64,000 nt of DNA from Terriglobia bacterium (GTDB taxonomy: Bacteria; Acidobacteriota; Terriglobia; Acidiferrales; UBA7541): assembly GCA_023512135.1 (NCBI GenBank), contig JAIMAG010000012.1, positions 4,735-68,734 on the forward strand. The letters are read 5' to 3'. Below are positions 48,495-59,022 of the stretch, one piece after another (the stretch's first letter is position 1; each line of letters starts with the position of its first letter). A model generated the notes under the pieces. That model saw nothing but the letters and a program-made list of their open reading frames with translations, ran no database searches and was not told the DNA's origin. A program made the translations under genes and the position numbers.

Positions 48495-50057
48495 TCAGGC
48501 AGCCGTGGCGCGGCTCTGGCTGCGGGCCAGGGTGATTTTCAGCAGGGGCGGCGTCAGAAAGGTGGTCACCATCACCATGATGACCACGGCAGAGAAGATG
48601 GCGTCGGTGACCACACCCAGGCCCTTGCCGATGCTGGCAAAGATCAATCCGACTTCGCCGCGCGGCATCATGCCGACGCCGACCGAGAGCCGATCGAGGG
48701 TTCGCGGACAAGCCAGGCCGGACACCAACTTGCCGACAATGGCTACTGCCGTCAGAACAACCGCCAGCAGCACAACGCGCCCATCGGTCAAAGTCTCCAG
48801 CTTCACCTGCATGCCCATGAACACAAAAAAGATCGGGACAATCAGCGATTCGAGCGGGGAGAGCAGGTCGCGCAGTGAATGCCCTTTCAGTTCGTTCAGA
48901 AAAAATTCTTCCAGCACCAGGCCGGCGGCGAACGCCCCGACGATGGTGGCCAGGCCGAACTGATTCGCGACCCAGGACAGGAAAAACGCGAAGCCGAGTC
49001 CGAAGAAGAGTTTCACGTTTTCGATCTCGGTGCGTGCAAGCAGACGAACCAGGCGCGGCGTGAGCCAGGTCCCCAAGCCGATGGCTCCGACCAGGAAACC
49101 GAGAGCCTTCAGGGTGATCACCGAGACCACGGCAAAGCTGACGGTACCGGTGACGACCAGTCCGCTGACCACCGCGAGGAGAATCAGACCCAGCACATCG
49201 TCGATGACCGCAGCGCCCAGAATGATTTTGGCCTCGGGGCGACGCGACTGGCGCAAGTCGCGGAATACACGCGCCGTGATGCCGACGCTGGTGGCCGTGA
49301 GGATGGCTCCGATAAAGACGGCGTCCGCGAGCCGGGCCTGCGGATTCAACCAGGCCACCGCGACAAAGCCGAGCACCAGGGGTGCGCACACCCCAAGGAC
49401 TGCCACCAGAGTGCTGCTCCAACCGACGCGGCGCATCTCCTGCACGCTGGTTTCGAGGCCGACCAAAAACAGCAAGACGATGACCGCAATGCGCGAAAGC
49501 AAGTCCACGAAATGATGGATGGCCACTGCCAGTGGTCCGGACGGGCCGGTCAGGGTTTGTGCGAGCCGGTCCCCTTCCGGATCCGGCAGCACGCGGTGGG
49601 CAGCTTCCGAGAGGGAGATATCTTCGTGCAACGCCACCTGAACGACTTCGACCATGGCGGCATCGTTGCGCAACACGGTGGTCACAGGCTCGTGGAGGGC
49701 ATAGCCGAGGTTGGCCAGCAGCATGCCCACGACCAGCTCACCGAGCACCGCTGGTTGGCCTATCCGGCGCATCCAGCGGCCGCCGAGTACCGCCCCCAGA
49801 CCCATGAGCACAAGCACAAGCAGGATCGGGGCCACCGGATCGGTGTGGTCGTTCGAACCGGCCCGGGACGCGACGGACAGCTCGTCCCGTGCCCCGGCTG
49901 CCGTCGCCGAAAGCAACCAGAACCATCCTGCGTGGAACAGTCGGCACAGAAACATTCGCACCGTCGACAACAACTCCGACCTCGAACTGCTGGACTGTTC
50001 GCACACGGCAGGCTGTGTGAAGCTCCACATAACTGGGGCGGACACCGCCTCAAGCAC
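48495..50057 (-). CDS. cation:proton antiporter (CPA2/Kef-type Na+/H+ exchanger family)
   Basis: Contains RIGQPAVLGELVVGMLLAN, LLFLVGLETS and MMPRGEVGLIFA, with about 12 hydrophobic segments. Start uncertain (GTG 50057, ATG 50028 or ATG 49955). Confidence 0.85.
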   Translation of the reverse strand: MLEAVSAPVMWSFTQPAVCEQSSSSRSELLSTVRMFLCRLFHAGWFWLLSATAAGARDELSVASRAGSNDHTDPVAPILLVLVLMGLGAVLGGRWMRRIGQPAVLGELVVGMLLANLGYALHEPVTTVLRNDAAMVEVVQVALHEDISLSEAAHRVLPDPEGDRLAQTLTGPSGPLAVAIHHFVDLLSRIAVIVLLFLVGLETSVQEMRRVGWSSTLVAVLGVCAPLVLGFVAVAWLNPQARLADAVFIGAILTATSVGITARVFRDLRQSRRPEAKIILGAAVIDDVLGLILLAVVSGLVVTGTVSFAVVSVITLKALGFLVGAIGLGTWLTPRLVRLLARTEIENVKLFFGLGFAFFLSWVANQFGLATIVGAFAAGLVLEEFFLNELKGHSLRDLLSPLESLIVPIFFVFMGMQVKLETLTDGRVVLLAVVLTAVAIVGKLVSGLACPRTLDRLSVGVGMMPRGEVGLIFASIGKGLGVVTDAIFSAVVIMVMVTTFLTPPLLKITLARSQSRATAA

Positions 50058-50295
50058 TAGGAGGTTTGGAAACGATTTCCAGGCCGGTGTCCTGCTTGCG
50101 GATCCAGACTTCGTGTCGCATCTCGGTCAGCGTCTCCAGTACGGCTCGCCAAGGGAATTGGGCAGGATCAAGCACGACAATCCGGATACCACCATAGCAG
50201 TTTTCGACCCGCGCAGTCCTGCCGATCAGCGTACGAAGCGATTCAAACAGTTCGGTTTCCCGCGGACCACGATGTTGCGGCTCACTGTGGCTCAT
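50050..50295 (-). CDS. orphan 81-aa soluble protein, translationally coupled to the upstream permease
   Basis: ATG 50295 overlaps the permease stop (ATGA). MSHSEPQHRGPRETELFESLRTLIGRTARVENCYGGIRIVVLDPAQFPWRAVLETLTEMRHEVWIRKQDTGLEIVSKPPSA. No recognised motif. Confidence 0.5.
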   Translation of the reverse strand: MSHSEPQHRGPRETELFESLRTLIGRTARVENCYGGIRIVVLDPAQFPWRAVLETLTEMRHEVWIRKQDTGLEIVSKPPSA

Positions 50296-51680
50296 CGGTT
50301 CAATTCCGCCATCATAGGCGCCTGAATCCAAATCCAAAGGGTTGCCAATAACAGGGTAAACACACCGACCACCAAGCCAGGCTTCAACCACGTCCAGAAG
50401 TCTATCAGGCCCAAGCGGCGACGTTCCAGAATACCAATGGCTATTATATTAGCGGTGCTGCCGATCATCGTGACATTGCCAAAATGGGTGCCGCCAAACA
50501 AAAGCCCCCACCACAGGGGAAAGATTTCCATACCCTGCAGACCCAGGTCCTGCACAATGGGGATCAAGGTGGCGACAGCCAGTACATTGTCCATCAGGGC
50601 GCTCAGGATTCCACCGCCCCAGGTGACCAGAATCATCAGAGCGGTTTCGTTGTTTCCGGCGGCTGTGCTCAGCATGCGGGCCAGTTCGGCGGTCACACCG
50701 ACATAGCGCAGGGTGCCTACGCTGGCAAACAGCACCAGGAAGAAGCTGAGTGTCCACCAATCCACCCGGCGCTCGATGATCTCACGGGCGCGGGGACGAT
50801 CGAGCAGCAAACACAGTCCGGCGAAGCCCATCGCGGTTCCGAGCAGCATGGTGTTGCGTTCCAGACCCAAAAGCTGTTCGACCCGGCTGTGCAGGACCAG
50901 GCCGGTAATCAAACCCGCAAAGATCAAAAACGAGACCAAGCTGATGCGGGTCGAGTGTGTGGGAGCCCCGGAATCGGATGCACTGCGTTCCGGCAGAAGC
51001 TTTTGCTGGAGTTCGCGGATGGGTTTGCGGAAATACCAGAGGCAGAACGGAATGGTAAGAAGCAAATTCAGCAGAGCGGCCGGAGAAGCCCAGCGCAGAA
51101 AGTCGGCAAAGGTCAGCCCACCCTGCATGGCCACCATCACGCCGACCGGATTGCCCACCACCGTGGCCGCCGAGCCGATGTTCGTCGCAAACACCAGCAT
51201 GATTACGAAGGGAGCCGCAGAGATACCACGGCTGCTGACAAAGTGCAGGGTGATGGCGGTCATGAACAGAATCGAGGTGACTTCATCGACCAGCGCGGCC
51301 GACAGCGCGCCCAGCAACATCATCAGTGTGCAAAATACCCGCGCACTGGGACGAAACCCGGCCAGAACGGCTTCGATGATGTTTTCGAAGAAACGACGCT
51401 CTTCCAGAAATCCCACCACCGTCATCATGGCCACCAGGAACATGATGATGTCGATCTGGGCGAACTCGATGAAGTGCGGGATATCCAGAAGACCTGTGCC
51501 GAGCATCACACACAGCGCCAGGAACGCAAACGCCAGCCGGTAGGTCCAAAAGAACAACGTGGCCAGAATCATGCAGGAAAAAACACCGACCGCGGCAAGT
51601 TGCTTGGGCGCAAAGCCGGCCAGCCAGCCCAGCCCAATCAGGGTCAACGCACCCAGCAGAAAAGCGATGACGCGAATCAC
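50292..51680 (-). CDS. ArsB/NhaD-superfamily permease (YbiR/P-protein-like anion transporter)
   Basis: 462 aa, polytopic. Contains NIGSAATVVGNPVGVMV and GSTANIIAIGI (duplicated GN/N-loop motifs of this superfamily). GTG start with GGGGGAAG Shine-Dalgarno. Noticeably lower GC than the window average. Confidence 0.8.
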   Translation of the reverse strand: MIRVIAFLLGALTLIGLGWLAGFAPKQLAAVGVFSCMILATLFFWTYRLAFAFLALCVMLGTGLLDIPHFIEFAQIDIIMFLVAMMTVVGFLEERRFFENIIEAVLAGFRPSARVFCTLMMLLGALSAALVDEVTSILFMTAITLHFVSSRGISAAPFVIMLVFATNIGSAATVVGNPVGVMVAMQGGLTFADFLRWASPAALLNLLLTIPFCLWYFRKPIRELQQKLLPERSASDSGAPTHSTRISLVSFLIFAGLITGLVLHSRVEQLLGLERNTMLLGTAMGFAGLCLLLDRPRAREIIERRVDWWTLSFFLVLFASVGTLRYVGVTAELARMLSTAAGNNETALMILVTWGGGILSALMDNVLAVATLIPIVQDLGLQGMEIFPLWWGLLFGGTHFGNVTMIGSTANIIAIGILERRRLGLIDFWTWLKPGLVVGVFTLLLATLWIWIQAPMMAELNR

Positions 51681-51861
51681 CGAAACTTCCCCCAGAACGG
51701 TTTAGCTGAGCTGAGATCCCCAACCGGCACCGTCTGCACAACGCTGAACACAACGAAAGGACAACATTTTCATCACACATCGGGCTGGGCGCAAGGAAAA
51801 TCGAAAAACTGTACAGGCAAGAAAGTCGAATGTGAGGGATGCGTGTGGCCCAAAATGCAGA

Positions 51862-52038
51862 TCAGCCAGTCCAGCGGGCGTTCCACAGCCAGCGGATGAC
51901 CTCGCGTTGATAGCCGATGACATCCGCCTGCCAGATGATGCCCCAGAGCAGCACCGAGAGAAGAAAAACACAAAGTGCCAGCGCCAGTGCCAGATGAGAT
52001 TCGCTGGCCGGCACCGTGAAAATGCGAGGAGTTTTCAT
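51862..52038 (-). CDS. 58-aa single-pass membrane peptide (hypothetical)
   Basis: MKTPRIFTVPASESHLALALALCVFLLSVLLWGIIWQADVIGYQREVIRWLWNARWTG. AAGGGGG Shine-Dalgarno-like motif 7 nt before the ATG. Lies in a low-GC region. Confidence 0.4.
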   Translation of the reverse strand: MKTPRIFTVPASESHLALALALCVFLLSVLLWGIIWQADVIGYQREVIRWLWNARWTG

Positions 52039-52328
52039 GCCTGCGCCCCCTTTGCTGCAGGATGAATCGCCTTGCTGACTGGCCTCCGCAGAGCTGGTGG
52101 TGAAACCATGGCTGCACGCACCCACGGTTTGGCGGTGCAACTGAGGTGCCAGACAGAGTGGGAGCAGGCCAAGCCTAATCTCTTCACAGGGCAGGGATTG
52201 CGGATTGTTTCGCACGTGAACAGCACATACTGTGGCAAATATTTTTCCGCTGATGTGCAACGGTTCGGACATCCGCGCAGTAGCCCACAGCAACAGAAAG
52301 CAGAAAGGAAGACAATCCGGGAGAACTC

Positions 52329-52405
52329 TGGCGGGGCTGAGAGGACTCGAACCTCCGACACGCGGTTTAGGAAACCGCTGCTCTATCCATCTGAGCTACA
52401 GCCCC
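52329..52405 (-). tRNA. tRNA-Arg (anticodon CCT)
   Basis: The reverse complement folds as a cloverleaf: GGGGCTG-TA-GCTC-AGATGGATA-GAGC-A-GCGGT-TTCCTAA-ACCGC-GTGTC-GGAGG-TTCGAGT-CCTCT-CAGCCCC-G-CCA. 7-bp acceptor stem, CCT at positions 34-36, encoded CCA. Confidence 0.93.
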
Positions 52406-52554
52406 GCCACGGGGCCGCCATCCAGAGTAGGTTAACACAGCCGTGATAAGGTTGACTTCGCAAAGCAGACGCTCTAGCACCGCTTTCTTTCCAGCACCCA
52501 GGTTGCAAGATCCAAGATCGGGGAAACAGCGGTCCCGAGGTAGAATCGCTTTGG

Positions 52555-53547
52555 TTGCATGGTTTCGCGGCTTTCGTGCGGGTGGCGAGCGGCCCCCTGC
52601 CGACCCTGGTCGGACACCGCCGAGGAGGCGCGTTGCAGGCGATTGCTCCAAAAACGACGCTGATCGATTTGCAGTATCTTGGCTATCCGGAAGCAATTGC
52701 GGCTTGCCTGCTCGAAGGCGATGGCGAGTTGGCGCTGGTAGACCCCGGCCCGACGACCTGCTTGGCAACGCTGGAGCGCGAGCTGGCCGGCCATGGCATC
52801 CGGCTGAAGGACCTGACGGCGCTGCTGCTGACGCACATCCATCTCGACCACGCCGGCGCCAGCGGAGTCCTGGTCCGCAAAAATCCCCGGCTGCGCGTCT
52901 ACGTTCATGAACGCGGTGCGCCGCACCTGGCCGACCCGTCGAAACTGCTCGCCAGCGCCGAGCGGCTCTATGGCGACCAGATGCAGCGGTTGTGGGGGGA
53001 AGTGGCGCCAGTGCCGCCCGAAAACCTGCAGGCGCTGCGAGGCGGCGAAACCCTACCGCTCGGCGGGCGGAAGATTGCGGTGGCCTACACGCCCGGCCAT
53101 GCTGCGCACCACGTCAGCTATTTCGATGCCAGCACCGGCATCGCCTTCGTCGGCGACACGTGCGGGCTGCGCTATCCGGGATTTTCCATCGTGCTACCGC
53201 TGACGCCCCCGCCCGATATTGACCTCGAAGCATGGCAGAGGAGCTGGGAGCAGATTCGTGCCTGGGAGCCAGAACGACTGTTTCCCACACATTTTGGGCC
53301 GGCAGGTAACGTGGAGGAGCATCTGGCTCAGCTCGCAGAGCGTACGGCGCGGTGGGCAGAATACGCGCGGCAGACGCTGGAGCAAGCCGGCTCCGATGCC
53401 GACCGCGCAAGTCGGTTCCTGCAAATGGTCGAATCCGAATTGCACCGGGAACTGCCCGCTGAGGCGGTCCGCAGGCACCTGGCGGGCACCGCACCGGAGC
53501 AATGCTGGTACGGCCTAGCCCGCTACTGGCGCAAGCGGGAGGGATAG
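52555..53547 (+). CDS. MBL-fold metallo-hydrolase
   Basis: Contains LLLTHIHLDHAGASG (HxHxDH), TPGHAAHH and GDTCG. The start (TTG 52555) is uncertain. Confidence 0.8.
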   Translation: MHGFAAFVRVASGPLPTLVGHRRGGALQAIAPKTTLIDLQYLGYPEAIAACLLEGDGELALVDPGPTTCLATLERELAGHGIRLKDLTALLLTHIHLDHAGASGVLVRKNPRLRVYVHERGAPHLADPSKLLASAERLYGDQMQRLWGEVAPVPPENLQALRGGETLPLGGRKIAVAYTPGHAAHHVSYFDASTGIAFVGDTCGLRYPGFSIVLPLTPPPDIDLEAWQRSWEQIRAWEPERLFPTHFGPAGNVEEHLAQLAERTARWAEYARQTLEQAGSDADRASRFLQMVESELHRELPAEAVRRHLAGTAPEQCWYGLARYWRKREG

Positions 53548-53880
53548 ACAAAACAGGAACTCGCGGCCATACCCATCCGCAATCTCCCGGCACGCGGCCG
53601 GGCACACCGAATGCATCCACAGCCGGAAATCATTCCGAGCAGCTACGTTTCGACGGCCGCTAGTTGCCATTCGACTGTCTAGAACTCCCATGCAATGAAA
53701 AACTTGCATACCGAACCGGGGTTTGGTATAGGATGGGCCCGATTTTGAGGCAACCGGGGGAAACCCAGCAATTGCCAGAAGCCTTACCGACGAGACCGGA
53801 CTGTGTGCCAGCCAAAGGGCGCAGCGGTCTTGGGCACAGACAGGTCAAGTGAAGAGCGACTCGAGAGGACGGCACTCGGT

Positions 53881-54984
<1,104 letters not shown>

Positions 54985-55157
54985 GGCTACGCTTGTTGTT
55001 CCTCTTGGTCAGCCCTGCAAATTCCGCTTGAAAACCAGCAGGGGGTGCGGTAGAAGCCTCACCATGCAGCCGGGTGGGAAACAAGGTGCCCACCTCGGTG
55101 CGTTCCTGAAAGGCTCGGGGCGTATCCATGGAAGAAAGAGCGGGGGAGGGTAAGCGC

Positions 55158-58100
55158 ATGCATCGAGGCAGAAACATCGTAGTGTGTCTGCTGGTGATGT
55201 TCGGGCTGGCGGCAACGACGCCGGCACAGGTGAATACCGGCACGCTGTCCGGCCGTGTTTTCGATCCCCAGGGCGCAGCCATTGTCGGTGCAGAGGTGAC
55301 CCTGAAAAACCTGGCGACCAACGCCACGCGCAGAACCACCACCGACGAAAGCGGACGCTACCAATTCCTGGCCCTGCCGCCGGGGCGCTACGAGCTGAGC
55401 GTACAGGCTCCCGGCTTTGCCCGGCTGGTGAACCCGGAAATCATCGTCAACATCGGGCAGGAGGCCGAATTCAGCCCCACGCTGGAGCTGGCGCGCGGGC
55501 AGGAAACGGTGACGGTGACCGAGGCAGCGGAACTGATCGAGACGGCGCGCACCTCCGTGGCGGAAGTCATCACCCAGCAGCGCATTAACAACCTGCCCAT
55601 CAACGGACGCAACTACATCCAGTTCACCCTGACCACCTCGCAGGCAGCGCGGGATGCGGCGCCTTCGATTGGTGCCGCCCCCACCAGCGGGCTGAACTTC
55701 CAGGGGCAGCGGGCGCGGTCGAACATGGTGTCGGTGGACGGGGCCGATGCGGTGGACAACTCGGTCAACGGCATCCGCTCGACCGTTTCGCAGGAAGCGG
55801 TGCAGGAGTTCCAGCTCCAGGTGAGCAACTTTAACGCCGAGTTCGGACGGGCGACCGGGGCCGTGATCAACATCGTGACCAAGTCCGGCTCGAACGAATT
55901 CCACGGCAGCGCCTTCGGCTATCTGCGGCACAAAAACATCCAGGCACGCAATCCGTTTTCGGTCACCGTAGACCCGAACACCGGCGCGCTGATTCCGACC
56001 AAGCAGGAGTTCACTCGGGTGCAGGCGGGGCTGGCCTTCGGCGGACCGATCCGGCAAGACCGCACCTTCTACTTCTTCTCCTACGAGACGACGCGGCGAC
56101 AGGAAACCGGATTCACGAACATCGGCGCAAACAACTTCGGGCTGGTGCAGACACCGGTGCCGGCGGACCTGGTGCCGCTGGTAGGACCCGTGCCCGGGTT
56201 GCTGACCCCCGCCCAGGCCGCGTTTGTGAATAACACGGCGTTGCCGGCGGTGCTGCGCGCCCAGTATTTCGGGCTGGTGCGCGAAGCTTCCTCGGTGGCG
56301 CTGACCGGACGAACCACGGCCACGCTGGGCGGCGCGCCCATTTTCATCACCACGGGAGCGCCGCTGCCGGCGTCGTTTGTGGCGCTGAATTCGCTGCGCG
56401 GCAACTATCCCATCTCCGAGGGCACAAGCCTGTGGTCGGCGCGGATCGATCACCGCTGGAACGACGAAAACAGCACATTTGTACGCGTCAGCGTGGCTCC
56501 CTCGCTGGTTACCGGCATCCAGGTGAATGCGCAGAATCAGAACTTCGGGCAGAACGCGGGCAACCGAACTTCACGGCAGCAGTTCCGCGACCTGACTGTC
56601 GTCGGCCAGCACGTGACCGCTTTCAGCACGACGTTGTTCAACGAAGCGCGATTCCAGTTTGCTCGCCGCGGACTGCACTACGGCTTCTCGGACCTGCCGG
56701 GCGGCGACCGGGTAGCGGTGAACATTCCGGGGTTTGCCTTCTTCGGACGCGAACCGTTCTCCACGGTGGACCGCATCGAGCGCCGCACGCAGGTCAGCGA
56801 CAACGTGAGCTGGATCCTGGGCAAGCACACGATCAAGTTCGGCGGCGACTTCAACCTGATTCAGCTTCGCTCGGACAAGGAACAGATTTTCGAACTGAAC
56901 TTCGGCGGGCTGTTCAACTTCGGCGGGTTGAGCGCGACTGCGGTCGGCTTCCCCGCGATCGCGCCCGGATTTACGGCGGTGCAGGCCTACGGGATGGGGC
57001 TGCCGCAGGTATTCGTGCAGGGGCTGGGCAATTCGAACAAGCCCTTCAACAACTACGTCTACGCGTTCTTCCTGCAGGATAGCTGGAAGCTCCATCCGCG
57101 GCTGACGCTGAATCTGGGCGTGCGCTACGACTACGAGCACACGCCGCTGTTCGCGCCCGGCACGCAGTTGAACGCCGACGCGGAGGCAGCCATGGGCGTG
57201 GTCGAGGGCATCCCGCGGGACAAAAACAACGTCGCCCCGCGCGTGGCACTCGCCTGGGATCCCTGGGGGGATGCCAAGACGGTGATCCGCGCCGGCTACG
57301 GCATCTTCTATGACCATCCGCTGCTGGCCATCGCGTTCAACTCCACCACGGCAGAGGGTGCGCTGTCGACTCAGTTGATCACCTTCGGCGGCGCCCCTTC
57401 GACGACCTCGATCGCCATCAACCCGGCCGCCCTGAACGCAACGAACATCTTTCAGGGCATCCTGAACACGACCGGTGTGCCGAATACCGGTTACCTGCCG
57501 AACCAGCAGCGGTTCGACCCGAAACTGCCGAATTCGATCTTCGTCAACCAGAACTTCATCGCGGCAGGCTTCCCGATTGCTGCACTGCCGTTCACGCTGC
57601 ACGTGGATGGCGAATTCGCCTTCGGCTATGCCCAGCAGGCCAACCTGACCGTGGAACGACAACTGTGGCGCGACTACAAATTCGGCATCGCGTACACCTG
57701 GACGAAGGGCACGAAACTGAACCGGCCACGGAACATCAACGTGCCCGACCCCGGACTGCTCGTGAGCAATGCTGCCAACGCCATTCGGTCCGGGCTGATT
57801 GCTTCGGGCACCGACCCACGGCAGGTGGTCGTACCGACGGGTGCACCCGGCTCGTGCGTGAACACCTCCGGCGGCGGTAGCCTGCTGCTGGTCGCGCCCG
57901 GAGCCCTGGCGACGGGCTTCAGCGCGGCCAACTGTGCCGGCGCCCCGGTCGGGTTTGTGGGCACGGCAGCATTCTTCAACTTCTTCCGTCCGTCCGGACC
58001 GAATCCATCGTTTGCCGCTCTGGCCGGCGGGTTCAGCGTACAGCAAGCGCTGGCGTCGCTGGCCGGCTATCCGACCGGCTTCGGCACCACGCCCATTCCG

Positions 58101-58867
58101 TGGGGCGATGTGGTGCAGCAGGATCGAGCGGAAATTCCACCTACCACGGCATGACGGTCAGCTTCTCGAAGCGGTTTTCGAACCATTTCGAGTTCCTATC
58201 GTCGTGGACCTACTCGCACACGATTGACGATTCCACCGACCTGCAAACGCTGCTGGCTCCTCAGGACAACCGTCGCCCGGACCTGGAGCGGAGCAGCTCG
58301 ACCTTCGACCAGCGGCACCGGTGGGTGACCAGCGCGGTGCTCGAAAGCCCGTTCCAGCGCACCGACGACGGGTTCTGGCGGAAGCTGCTGGCCGATTTCA
58401 CCGTGGCGCCGATTTTCGAAATCACTTCGGGACGGCCGTTCACGGTGCTGACCGGCACGGACTTCAATCTGGACTTCGGGTCGAACACCGACCGGCCGTC
58501 GGTGGGCACCGGCACGGTGACCTCGCCGTTTCTGCCCGGGGTGAACTTCGGCCCGCCGTCGCGCTGCGATGTGGTCATTGCCATCGTGCCTTCTCCGCCG
58601 CTTGGCTGCACGGGCAACCTGGGCCGGAACGCGTTCACCCGGGAAGAGCTGATCATTTTCGACCTGCGGATTTCGCGGCGGTTCTGGTTCACCGACCGGT
58701 TTAACCTGGAGTTCATCACCGACGTCTTCAACCTGTTCAACCGGTTCAACGTGGCCGACGTGAACCCGCTCTGCAATCCGGTGGGCAACACGAGCTGTAC
58801 AGCGGGCGAGCCGACCGCAGCGCTCGACCCGCGACAATTCCAGTTCGCTTTGAAGCTGAACTGGTAG
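55158..58867 (+). pseudogene. Oar-like TonB-dependent receptor (CarboxypepD_reg + plug + beta-barrel) interrupted by a 1-nt frameshift near 58124
   Basis: ORF 55128..58154 carries the signal peptide, TGTLSGRVFD..GAAIVGAEVTL...ESGRYQF (CarboxypepD_reg) and the plug (INGRNY, SVDGADAVD). ORF 58100..58867, offset by 2 nt in reading frame, continues with SSGNSTYHGMTVSFSKRFS...SWTYSHTIDD and ends FALKLNW (aromatic OMP terminus). Restoring one T after GAT at 58122-58124 fuses them. Confidence 0.8.
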
Positions 58868-58889
58868 GCGTGACTGTTCCCTGACTGCG

Positions 58890-58926
58890 ACGCCCGCCCT
58901 GGAACACCGGGGTGGGCGTTTTTTTC
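58890..58926 (+). terminator. Rho-independent terminator
   Basis: ACGCCCGCCC (58890-99), a 10-nt loop, GGGTGGGCGT (58910-19) with one G-T pair, then a T7 run. 23 nt after the receptor stop. Confidence 0.75.
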
Positions 58927-59022
58927 GGCGCAAACGGCTGAACGCACACTTCCGTTACCGGGCCGAGGGGATTAGAGTGGAGCACAGGGAAAACAACTGA
59001 AGCGCAGAGGTGGTCGTCGCAC

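Noticed and set aside
46930-49422. 830-aa minus-strand ORF spanning three annotated genes.
   Set aside because: It runs antisense across the class IV aminotransferase and the small secreted protein, and out of frame through the CPA2 antiporter. It has a low-complexity R/G/P composition and crosses a terminator. Judged a GC-driven artefact.
48495-52405. An intact integrative or mobile element at tRNA-Arg.
   Set aside because: No integrase, excisionase, transposase or conjugation gene was recognised, and no direct repeat of the tRNA 3' end. At most this is a relic islet (reported as such).
58118-58130. Programmed -1 ribosomal frameshift in the Oar-like receptor.
   Set aside because: There is no X-XXY-YYZ slippery heptamer at the junction and no evident downstream pseudoknot or hairpin. 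A lost T in a TT dinucleotide is the simpler explanation.
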